From Tubiluchus corallicola (taxonomy: Eukaryota; Animalia; Priapulida): DNA of 64,000 nt. Below are positions 11,901 through 22,816 of the stretch, in pieces (within the stretch, counting starts at the first letter, position 1; every line of letters starts with the position of its first letter). Where the stretch lies: positions 62,001 through 126,000 of the forward strand of contig JAQGDQ010000342.1 in assembly GCA_030141605.1 (NCBI GenBank). Reading direction: 5' to 3'. A program made the position numbers and the translations under genes. The notes under the pieces were generated by a model. It ran no database searches. It worked only from the letters and a program-made list of their open reading frames with translations, and had not been told where the DNA came from.

Positions 11901-14900
11901 CCAGGGTGCGCCACTCAGTAGCCAAAAACGTATTTTTAATCTTATAGACAAGATACAGTAATTTACAATTTTACTTCATTAGCAACATGTATGCTACGCA
12001 TCCTACGAATGCTCTGATTATTTTTTCAAACTTTACTTAATGTTATCAGAACTTGTTTCAAACGACCTACCATTAAAATGGCTGCACCTAACGGTCGTCG
12101 CGGGAGTTTAAATTTACACGTTTTATACAACGTTTTGTAAGTAGAAAAGAAAATTCATAGTAATTTAAACTATTCGTGCCAACTGTCACTGTTTCACAAT
12201 CCCAGTATGCACCACTGATTCACCAAAAACATTATAGATCTTTCTGACAATATAAAGCAATTTATACTTTTGCTTAAATAGCGAAGAGTGCGCTACGAAT
12301 GTCCTTATTAAAACTAACCAGTTTTTCAAACTTTACGCAATCTTATTCAAACTGGTTTCAAACGACTTACAGTTAAAATGGCTTTGCCTCGTAGTCATTG
12401 CTGGAGTTTAAATTTACAAGTTTTATACAGCTTTACTGCTAAGGCAAGCTCTATATGCAGCAAGACAGCACGTGAGTGATACAAAATTTCTAGCTTACAA
12501 AATTCTTTGAGCTCTACGGAAGAACTGTGTTTCTTTATGCTTTACACATTTTGCAGATATCATTCTTAACATTTTTACATAATTTGACATACTGGGGTCT
12601 GGTATGGAACGAAAATGACTATTCAGTATAAGCAGCTGCTATAAGACCACACCCTCGTTCATTATAAGACCACACCCTTGTTCATTATAAGACCACACCC
12701 TTGTTCATTATAAGACCACACCCTTGTTCATTACAAGACCACACCCTTGTTCATTATAAGACCACACCCTTGTTCATTACAAGACCACACCCTTGTTCAT
12801 TATAAGACCACACCCTTGTTCATTATAAGACCACACCCTCGTTCATTATAAGACCATACCCTTGTTCATTACAAGACCACACCCTTGTTCATTATAAGAC
12901 CACACCCTTGTTCATTACAAGACCACACCCTTGTTCATTATAAGACCACACCCTCGTTCATTATAAGACCATACCCTTGTTCACTATCAAAAATAATCTT
13001 CTAAACTGAGACTCTTAACTCGGAGGTATTTCAGTTACATTTGGGTGAAGTCCTCCCACAATGAGTTAAGCGGGCAGTATAAAAAACAAACCCAGTGGTC
13101 ACTAATCCATTCACAGAGCAGACACGGCAGTTAGCATTGCTTAACTTCGGTTGCAAAGCACACATACTATATGAGAGTAAACAGCTGGCAGTTACAATAG
13201 TTAATAGATGAAATCTATAGTGGGAATAGCTCATTACCTAAGCAAACACTTCCCTTTCGTAGTCAAGTGTTTCAAGTACGTTTCAACTATTTCATTCACT
13301 GACTACATCAATAGTAAAGTTTCTTCTAATGGTGCGTTCAGACTTGGGAGTTTTCTCTCCGAGAGTAAACTCGCAAGTATGAGCGGCTTTGCGAGTTCGC
13401 TCGGCAAGATGTTGCAAACTCCCCGACAGTTGCTGAGAGTTCTCTCTGACAGTAAGCGCGAACTGACACTCATTTTTGCTCACGACTTGCGAGTTTACTC
13501 TCAATGAGAAATTGCAATAGAAAACTCTCTAGTCTGAATGTACAGTAAGACAGTTTAATCAAAGGGTTATATATCAATTGGTAATTAAAAGAAAACCAGA
13601 TGATTGCGTAAACATTGGTTCAGAATAAAGAATGCTCTAAAATATTGAAAACTACAATAGCTTTTTTTAAATCAAAGTTTAGATTAAATAATAATTACCT
13701 CAGATAGTTAAATTTTGTTAAACTTTCAAAGCTACGCGCGGCTCAGTGAATCCACTAAGACTGGCAGTGGGTTTTTTTGTCACATTCGCATAGCCAACAA
13801 ATAGGTGCGGTACCGTGATAAGCACGATCAAGAACTGCTGCATTCGTCTGTCACGTCAGTGTGATGTAAACCTCATTTTCGTGACATCACATCAGCGTCC
13901 TACAGCAATCTTCACTTTTGCAAACATGCTTGACATGCAGGGAAGATGCCTACCATTGCACAAACAGTGTTTAGTTTGTGATGTAAGTGATAGCTGTGTT
14001 TGGTTGTCGTTAATTAACTTTTCAAGGTAATTATTCAAATATTAGAAACAATTGCTAACTTTTAGGCAAGAAAATGTATATTCTGGGCAGTTCATTATAA
14101 TGAAATAAAGTCTAATCAATCGTCTAGTTTTCCTTTAAAACATAAAACACTATTAGTTAAGTACGTAGGGTATATACGTAATGAGAAACATTAATAGTAC
14201 TTAAGAAGCCGTTTAAACTTACACAACGCTAGCCACAATGTCCGCAAGCTGCGATGTCATCTTGATTGGTCCGAATGCATTTCTAGTTTCGACAATTGTC
14301 CGAGCGATAGGACGGGACATGCGCTCCTCGCCGTAGCGCTTTAGTATTGCGGCAAGCTCCACATCACTGAAATTGTTGACAACGTCATACGCGGTCGGAC
14401 AATCAGGAACTCTGAAGGCAATAAACAATGTAGATTACTAACAATAAACAATGTAGATTACTAACAATAAACAATGTAGATTACAAGCAATAAACAATGT
14501 AGATTACTAACAATAAACAATGTAGATTACTAAAAATCAATACAAAGTAAGCAAAGCACAAAGATGGTATGAAAGAGAATATAGTAGTAGATGAAATTAA
14601 ATTTCAACAAGAGATTCTAGCTTAACAAAATAGTGACTTTGAGATATTTTTACAACAGTGCTTAAAATTAAACCACAAGAAAAGATTCTTCATAAGGAAA
14701 GCTTAAAAAATTCCAATTGAAATTTTATATCGTCCGTCTTACATGCCATCTTGTTGCTTATAGAGTTTGTGTTAGCAGTCATACTGTATAAAACTTGTAA
14801 ATTTAAACTCCGGTAATGACTGGTAGGTGCAGCCATTTTAACGGTAAGTTGTTTGAAACAATTTAGACAACGTTGCAGAAAGTTAGAAAAAATAATCAGA

Positions 14901-17793
14901 GCATTTGTTGCACACAGTTCGCTAAGAAAGCGACAGTTTATTTAAATTACTTTATTTGTTGCTGTTGTTGTTGGTATCCTTCTGTCTCGGAAGACAATGG
15001 AGTGTGCACCAAGAGAGTCAGTTATTGATCTCATTGATGGAGCTGCTGCGTCGACTGTGGCTGAGCAGTCCGATCCTTGAACCACCGGAGTGACCTCTCC
15101 AGGGCGCACGCCTGGGCAAGGTGTATGGAGATCCTGAGTTACACAGACAACAGGAACCCCCTCTCTTCCTCCCTGGTGTAGTCCAATGGAAAGCGGAGCG
15201 ATACGTTTGGCACCAGGTTGGCTGCAGGAGCTGCCGGAGTCAGCGAGCATGCTACACTGATCCGCCTTTGGGGCTCCACTCCTGATTTGGAAGGTTTACT
15301 CCTCTACACATGGCCGTTGGGTCATTTGACCTCCTCTGCCCTCTAGCCGTTGACTGTTTGTGCAGCTCGTCCGCCTAGTGTCGAGATACAGTGTGGGCAT
15401 CCAGCGAGCCTACAGCACCTGGTATTCTTAGGCGGTCACTCATCCAGGTTTTAACCAGGCTCTACGTTGCTTAACTTTGGTGATCAGACCAGAACCGGTG
15501 TTTTCAACGTGGTTTGGCCGTAGATTACTTTATATATTGCCAATAAGATCTGTAATGCGTTTTGGTGAACCAGTAATACATACTGGCATGGCGATGTAGT
15601 GGCGATTCAAAAGGTGGCACAAACACAGCAAACTATGTACAACTCGACGCGTTATAACTCAAATTATTGCGTTTCACAAACAGATCTCTCGAAACAAACT
15701 TTCTCTTTACCAAACATCGTGTAACTCGAATTAATGCAAAGTAGGTCGTATAAAGACTTTTGAATGTATTGAAATTAAAATTAAAATAAGGAATCGAAAA
15801 GAATTGTATCTTTTCACAGCAGCCACCTATTGACTAAAAAGTGAAACACAGGTCATTAATGACGTTAAATAAACTCGTCTAGATTAAAACAGTTCTCATT
15901 CGAAGCCAAAATCTGACTGCAGGTGAGACGAAGTAACCACGGCAACAAAATAAACAACCAACCTGTCACAATCCATACGCATGTCTAGCGGGCCGTCGAG
16001 ACTCGCTGCAAATCCCCGAGCAGCAGTGTCCATCTGCATGGAGGAGCAACCCGCATCGATAAGAACGCCATCTACCGAGTTCTCTTCCACGCACGATGCG
16101 GACATCCTTTCCACAAGGTCCGAAAATAACCCAAGATGTGGAAACAGATTTCTGCAACACAGAATAACACATACCGTATATGCTCGCATATAAGCCGAAT
16201 TTAGAACTATAAAATACAATACTGAAATCAGGGGGTCGACTTATATGCGCATGAAACAAAATGAACACAAGGACAGACACTAATGCCAATTTTCCAGCCA
16301 CACATTTTCATTGCTATCTGACTCTTTATTTGGTTGTGTATCACCAGTGGTGTATTGGAGAGGGATCGTTATAATTTTTTGTGAATAAATAGAAAACAAA
16401 ATATTTTCTTCTTTATTCATATCAAAATGCATAATTTCTTCTATTTCTTCTAGTATGTAACATAAAAGTAAGCATTTTACATCTTTATAGTAAAAAATTT
16501 CTATGAACCAAAAACACCCAATTAACAAAATGTGACAAAAAGGGATCAATTTTGTTGATTGGGTATGGAGTAAAATTAGACAAGTTGATGGTCGGCTTAT
16601 ATACGGGTTTTTGCAAAAACTGGCCATTTTAAAGCAGTTTTAGGGGGTCGGCTTATATGCGAGTATATACGGTAATTATTTTACTTTTGACGTAATGAAG
16701 GGTGACAAATGAAGAAATACGACATCATTTAGTTGCAAATAAAAGATGCTGCAAAGACGACCCTATGAAGTTCAGTACTGATTCCAGAACTGTACAATAC
16801 AATGCAAAAATCTGTCTCAAATTATAATAGTAACACAAGTTACTGCTTGACAGCCATGGTGACCACCAAAACTTAGTCTTGCTTCTAGAATAATAAATGT
16901 GATCTTAACCCTTTCATACCCGTTGTATCCCGTGGGATACGAGAATATTTTCTGCCTTTAAAATTAATCAAATTTTAAAACTGACAGTTATTTGATCTGT
17001 TAATAGTTATTTTGATTTAAGCCAATAACACTAGACTAAAAATGATGATAAAATGGCAAACTAGGAAATCTACATAGCATAAAAAACTGCGCAAGGTACA
17101 GTATTTTAGAGACGACTTTGTACAGATCAGCATAGCGTGCATACTAAATGTCTTAAATACTTTAAAAAATTATCAGCAGTTGCAAAATGAAGCACATTTT
17201 ATGCTTCCATTGAATCCCAATGTATCCCGTGGGATACAGGCTATATTTAGCACGCGGGCACAGGTAGAAAAAATAATTATTATGTGTAAACAAGATGGAC
17301 ATACTGAACAAAAGTACCAACCCAAAAAATTTTTTCTTATTAAAAAAATAATTTGGGGCTGAAAGGGTTAAATGAACTGCTCACTCTAATTTCTTTGTTT
17401 GAGTTATCACACTCACACAAACCAGTAAAATCCAAACAAACAATGTTACCTTCGCGTTTCACTCATAGCTTTAGCTTTCTCATATGCCACAGGATCGCGA
17501 TCCAGCGCATGTACTTTTGCGCCTCCGTCAAGCAACGCCATCGTGTGACCGCCGCCACCAAACGTCATGTCGATGAACGTTTTTCCCGTGGCGGGTTCTA
17601 GAAGTTCCACGACCTCGTGCAGCATGACGGGAACGTGTGAGTGCCCCGATGCAACAGAATCCGAAGCATCGCCGCAATTTTCCTTCTCAGATGTAGTGCT
17701 GCTGGCACTCGATGCTGTGCTAAACTGCACTGACCTGACATGTCTACATTGAAGCAGAGTTCTAAGTTGTCTCAGCACAATGTTTGAAAACAT
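8999..17793 (-). CDS. METTL15: Mitochondrial 12S rRNA N4-methylcytidine methyltransferase (RsmH/MraW family), 377 aa; exons 17450-17793, 15963-16151, 14223-14411, 11442-11664, 8999-9187
   Basis: RsmH motifs [34 protein letters not shown]...[53 protein letters not shown]. Arg-rich mitochondrial-targeting-like N-terminus. All introns GT-AG with consistent phases (2,2,2,0). Confidence 0.95.
9698..10034 (-). mobile_element. Solo LTR (family also at 41244-41600)
   Basis: Minus-strand termini TGTTGTG...CACAATA; 5-bp TSD ggcag (9693-9697, 10035-10039); internal TATATAA and AATAAA. Confidence 0.8.
10100..10480 (+). mobile_element. RTE-group LINE 3' fragment
   Basis: [19 protein letters not shown]...RRLRLAGHI...[14 protein letters not shown]...W, the typical RTE ORF end, plus taaggtctaaggt tail. 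Confidence 0.8.
10861..11318. mobile_element. piggyBac-like MITE (family C), METTL15 intron 4
   Basis: TTAA|CCCTTTCA...TGAAAGGG|TTAA; close reverse-complement copy at 16909-17367. Confidence 0.88.
11930..12560. repeat. Dispersed repeat family D (unclassified), partly duplicated here
   Basis: Shares cagccattttaacggtaag...tttgaaac and ttttggtgaa/gtcagt motifs with ~14750-15750, ~29600-30060, ~31290-31790 and ~38480-39130. Confidence 0.6.
12640..12985. repeat. Minisatellite, 23-bp unit x ~15
   Basis: ta(t/c)aagacca(c/t)accct(t/c)gttcat in tandem, no spacers. Confidence 0.95.
13331..13544. mobile_element. Small MITE, possibly PIF/Harbinger-like
   Basis: ggtgcgttcagact ... agtctgaatgtaca imperfect TIRs; a similar end (ctagtctgaacacgcc) occurs at ~32970. 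Confidence 0.45.
14419..14533. repeat. Minisatellite, 23-bp unit x 5, abutting the METTL15 exon 3 acceptor
   Basis: caataaacaatgtagattactaa repeated. Confidence 0.9.
14956..15523 (-). mobile_element. 5S rRNA-derived SINE (SINE3) with RTE-related body and tail
   Basis: 5S head at 15407-15524; GC-rich body; RTE-like ORF end [10 protein letters not shown]; (CAA)n tail; 10-bp TSD attactttat (14946-14955, 15524-15533). Confidence 0.85.
15407..15524 (-). rRNA. 5S rRNA-like sequence (SINE head or pseudogene, not a canonical 5S gene)
   Basis: Minus strand reads tctacggccaaaccacgttgaaaacaccggttctggtctgatcaccaaagttaagcaacgtagagcctggttaaaacctggatgagtgaccgcctaagaataccaggtgctgtaggct, a full-length metazoan 5S pattern with substitutions; no oligo-T terminator follows. 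Confidence 0.85.
16174..16672. mobile_element. pogo/Tc1-mariner-like MITE
   Basis: TA|CCGTATATGCTCGCATATAAGCCGA...TCGGCTTATATGCGAGTATATACGG|TA. Confidence 0.85.
16909..17367. mobile_element. piggyBac-like MITE (family C), METTL15 intron 1, inverted relative to 10861-11318
   Basis: TTAA|CCCTTTCA...TGAAAGGG|TTAA; yields a near-identical spurious ORF ([11 protein letters not shown]...) on the opposite strand. Confidence 0.88.
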
Positions 17794-17829
17794 GGCTCTT
17801 CAAACTAGGAAGGTCCAACTAAGTTTATA

Positions 17830-17850
17830 CTGCAGAGAACAACTGCACAT
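17830..17850 (-). promoter_or_regulatory. 3' splice acceptor upstream of the METTL15 ATG with no plausible local donor
   Basis: Minus strand ...gtgcagttgttctctgcag|tataaac..., 36 nt before ATG 17793 and ~100 nt after the POP5 stop. Confidence 0.6.
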
Positions 17851-17930
17851 TCATGGAAAAACTGAACACAACCATTCACTGGATTGCTTCAACATTATCG
17901 TAGTCTAATCATTATATGTTATATGATGTT

Positions 17931-20900
17931 TCAATAATCTGAGCGCAGTTTTAACAATGCGGATCTTTCCGTTTGAGTAGCACTGAGAATTGATTGCTGA
18001 ATTTGTTTTCTTTCCTCTGAAAAAATGCAGCAATGCTTTAGGCGTCAATTAGTTTTAATCGTGATATTTAAAAAACAAAATTAAATTTGCCGTTACTTTC
18101 AATTTTCCCGGCAATTTTCCGAACACTTATTTCTCATTATCACTTTCTTCATTTGCACATGCAACTACTTAGTCTGGAAAAAAACCTGAAAAACAGTCTT
18201 TGCAAAGAGCCTATTTTTGATGATGTTAGAAATAGTTCACATTATTATAGACGTGTCCACTGCTCATCACGGGGCTGAGATAATATTACTAAGAAGGCCT
18301 AAACAAGCTTTTGATATTTAAACACTACTAAATGACAGTGTTATCATAACCTTGCAATTTAATAGGTGACTTAGCACGGCACTGAACTTGCAACAGACAA
18401 TACGTCATGGGGTTAATAGTTAAGTGGCCATGACGAACGCTTGATGACTAAAATCATACCGCGGCTGATCAGTACGACAGTAAGTGGTTTAGCATGGCCC
18501 GAGTTCAATATTCAATATGGAAAGTTTCGTTTGCCATGCTGATTCTGGCTGTTCACCTCGTTGTGGGAGGATGGATATACAACTAAGCATGGCTAAAACT
18601 CATCTGCTGGTTCAGTGGACCCATGTTACAGATTTAGAATTAATAATAACGCCAGTTTAAGTTCTCGCTAAGTTGAGCTGGCTTGTCAAGTGTGCCTAAC
18701 TGTATATACCGGGTGGCACAAAAAGATGTGCCAAAGATTTGATGATAATATCATAAGAAGAAAGTAACACAATCGCTTGAAAAATACCATGGTGGTGTAA
18801 AATTTGATTATGTACAAACACCAAAAATTGTAGGTCACTCCTTGGATTTTTTTGAACAATACAAAAGTTTTAAAACAAGTCAAATTTAAATGCCAGAAAA
18901 AATATGTCCGACACAGCTGATACAGTTTCACACTTCTTTAAGTTTCACACTTTTTTGTGGCGAAGATCACGATGTAAACCGATTGATTTTTTTTATTGTT
19001 TTGCTGCCATCTATTGAGTGCTTTATACGTGAACGTGGGGTGGTGTATATAAAAGTAATCTGGAACCTTTACAAATTACGCAGAACAAAATTCTCAAACT
19101 AATATATCATGTAAGGTATGACCATCCCACAAATATAATTTACTTGTCTCTTAAAACTCTTAAAGTGAAAGAAATATATTACATGTATTGTCTTCATTTC
19201 ATGTATCAGTATCATAATTCACTACTTCCATCAGCTTTTCGGTCATACTTTAGTCCAGGTTCAAATCAACATGATCATTACACAAGATATTCAGTTGAAA
19301 ACTATGTACTCCCCCTTCCAAAAACAAATATAATGAAACAGTCATCAAAATATAATGCTATTAAAATATGTTCATCAATTCCGCGTGAAATGAAAACTCT
19401 TAATCTTTATCAATTTAAAAAAGCATCAAAGAATTACCTACTACAACGGTATAATTAACTCACAATTTTACTCATCCTGATCTTAAGTTAACAACAAAAC
19501 TTATTTTGTTCTAATGTACGTTATAACTGATGAAAATGAAATATTAGTTGTTAATTGTTTCACTTATCTAGAGGAGGACTCGAAAGCTCAATGCTCCTTC
19601 CCCCTCCTCACAGTAACTCATATAGTTAATTTTTTTCAATGTTACATCAATTTATATGTATGTTTGAGTTTCTGTGGAATAAATTCATAATAATAATAAT
19701 AATAATTCATAATAACGTGGATGTTTTTCAACTGATAATTAGCTGATATTTAAATTTTTTATGTGAAAACGTTTCTGCCACATCTCAAAACCTGCTGAAA
19801 CTTGTAACTTTCACAGTCAAAAGTAAACATACCAAAATATAGGGCTGCAAAATTTCAACTTTCTAGGACACTTGTTTCTAATATTAAAAGTCTTAAATCC
19901 GGCACATTTTTTCTGCGCCAACCGGTATACAAAAACAGGATCCAAAATGCGTATATAAAAACAATATAGTAGACCAAATAATGTCAAAGTACTTGGCCAC
20001 ATACGGAAATGTCATTAACAAACATGCAGCTCGGATTTTCTCAGCTAAACTATGACCTTTTCTCTAAAGGCTGTAAAGATAATAACGGTCATCCAATATT
20101 GCCGAATTGTAACTGTGGATTTCGATTTGAGTCTGTTGAACACTTTTTGTTGCACTGCCCATTGTATCAACAAACTAGGGTTGTTATGTTTGATAAACTA
20201 AATGCAATACTTCTGCCTAAAAACCTTAATATAGCTGCCTTAGGAACTAATGATCTGTTGAAGTTGTTATTATTCGGAAAAGATGAATTTAACTATGTTA
20301 CTAACTGTAAAATATTCCAATGCATACATGACTTTATATTAGGTACTAAACGCTTCCAGTAGTTTCTATCTGATATGAAATGCATCAGTTTTAAATAATC
20401 GTACATTAATATTTACTAACTGTCATTTTTTACTAATGTCTAATGTATCACTGTAGTAAAACTAGTCAGCTTGTGTAGTTATAGTCTATTCTTACTGTAA
20501 ATGTTCTTGTAAATAGTGTATAAAGTCTGTTGTGGTGAGGATCCTAAATCATGTTGTACAAACTGTCTGATCCAATCCTAAATAAATTATGTTTAAACTA
20601 AACATGCAGCTAGAGAAGTACTACTTCAAAGTTTACATATGGGCCAAATTGCTCCTCATTGTTCAGTAAACAATTCTAGGAGGGTGGAGTCTTCAAGATT
20701 GCCCCATTAAACAAATCGTTTGGTGAATGCCTGATGGCTTGTGCAGAGCAACAGACAAAGGTAACCTCACCTGGGTCTTTGGTATTGCCTAGAAGCTGAA
20801 CTAGCTGCTGTCGGTTGTAATTCCGTAAAAACTTCTCACAGTTTCTTATCGTCCCTGAAAAATAATAGCCATATTTTTTTGGATTGAAATGATGAATGCA

Positions 20901-22774
20901 AACAAATGCAAAACTGAAGCCTAATGCACATGGACAAAAAAACCCAAAACACGAAACAGAAAATAAGGAATTTGACGTGTCTAAGGAATGAGACAAAAAC
21001 AAAAAACAAAGATGTTGATTAGCAAAACAGAAACAAGTGTTTCACCTGCCGTGTGAGTTAGCTGGTTTGTGACATACCGAGCAATTAACCAATGACCAAA
21101 AAACGAGACACGTCACTGAAGAAAACGGCAGCCTGCACTGCACTAGCCCTAGGATTTTGTTTTAAGCAGTTTTTGTGAGACGTTCATTCCGTATGTGCAT
21201 TCTGTTGAGAAACACGAAGCGACTGCAAAATAAAATCGTTTGGCTTCTATCCGCCGTACGCATTAGGCTTCATACCTCACAGAAACTTTGTTACATTCAA
21301 GCCATTCTTCACTGACCATTTTATATTTGCACCTCATACAACTTTGTAATAATGGTTCTTTAATGTTACATGGTGTATTCAGATGACACGCAATAAAGAG
21401 AAATAATATAAATAATATACATAATTTAAGTGTTACAGTTACTAATGTTAACACGCCACAAACAGTTTCAATGTACGGATAACAGTTTATACTGCTAATA
21501 GAAAAATTTAGGCAAGAAAGAAAATCAGCTGTCAACAGCCAAAAGGCGTGGACAGAAATAATCTTGACATTAAGACGACAATAATTTGTTACGTTAATGC
21601 AGATTTTTTATTGCAGTTTAAATGACAAAGGCGCTAGTGTTTTGCCTAGAAATCAGGCCTTGTTTGCAGTACTGCCATCTCAATCAACTTTTACTTTTCG
21701 TAACAAATTCGAGGACATACCGCCCACGTATAAAGTCTTCAAGAAGCAGTCGTAAGTGAAAAAACTTTTCCAGAACGGTAAAGACGTGACGAGAAGACGA
21801 TGATAATCCCGTCTACACTTGATGAACAGTATGTTAGTGTACGGATTCAAGTAAATAACTGCAATGCAAAAAAATACGTACGAATAAGCCAGCACAACAG
21901 AGTGCACAATCTAGCAAATACCGAGATGAAGTGAGTTCAGTTTGTTTATAGATTTATTCACACACTTTTTGCTGTTCATTTGCAGGTAAACTGCTACATG
22001 GATTTTGATGAAATTTTCCATGACAGATACTTATGCCACTTGGACAGATGTAAGGCACGTTAATTTAAGTCAGGGGTGTGCAAATTGCGGCCCGCCGAGA
22101 GAATTTATGTGGCCAGCAAAGAGATTTGTCAACCTAATGAAAGTGCGGCCTGGGCGATTAATTGAGTTTATCCAGCTGAAGTCCGTGCCACGATCCCAAA
22201 GATAGTGCGGGTAGTTTTTTCTACTAGGTCGGATGCCATTAACCCTTACAAGACGGTTGTAGCTTAATATCACTGTACTACACAGACTGTGTGATACACA
22301 TTACTAATATGCATTGTAATGAAATTACCACTATCTGTCCTGAAAGTACAAATATATGGTTTGCAATATAAATTTTAATAACCTCTAAAATAGTTTCTTG
22401 AGTGTAGTAGTAATGATGTACGCAGGTCGGATGCAAAAAAAATCGTTATTAAGCCCTTCTGTACTAGGCTCCTTGAACAAACTGCCTGTGGCCCGCAGGA
22501 ATTGCGGGAAAGTTTAATGTGGCCCCGCTAGTCAGATAATTTGCACACCACTGGTTTAAGTCAACAACATCTTCCGTCTGAGATATGATTGATTTTTATG
22601 CTATCATTTCAATGGGAAATATTTTTTCCATAGCGTGACATCAACAACGTCAACAACACTGCATTTTAAGCAGACCTAAGCACATGTTTTCAATGATAAA
22701 TGTTTAATGGTACAGATTTTACAGGGCAAAAGGTGAATGACTAGATTGGAAGAGGAGAGAAAGTGTGTGAGAGG

Positions 22775-22816
<42 letters not shown>

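Noticed and set aside
12640-12985. 23-bp repeat array as a CRISPR-like locus
   Set aside because: Units are head-to-tail with no unique spacers, there are no cas genes, and the context is a eukaryotic intron.
14942-15250. 102-aa ORF in METTL15 intron 2 as a nested gene
   Set aside because: Lies almost entirely within the SINE body and has no recognisable domain.
15407-15524. Functional 5S rRNA gene, or a 5S/SL-RNA linked repeat
   Set aside because: Single diverged copy, no oligo-T terminator, fused to a retroposon body within a TSD; no SL RNA features recognised beside it.
8999-16151. Three METTL15 coding segments each 189 nt long
   Set aside because: No sequence similarity among them; treated as coincidence.
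8999-17793. Bacterial rsmH by horizontal transfer or contamination
   Set aside because: Spliceosomal introns, a mitochondrial-targeting-like N-terminus and animal METTL15-type motifs.
17793-17933. POP5-METTL15 fusion protein by stop readthrough or splicing
   Set aside because: TGA is followed by TAA four codons later, and the 36-nt leader after the acceptor has stops in all three frames.
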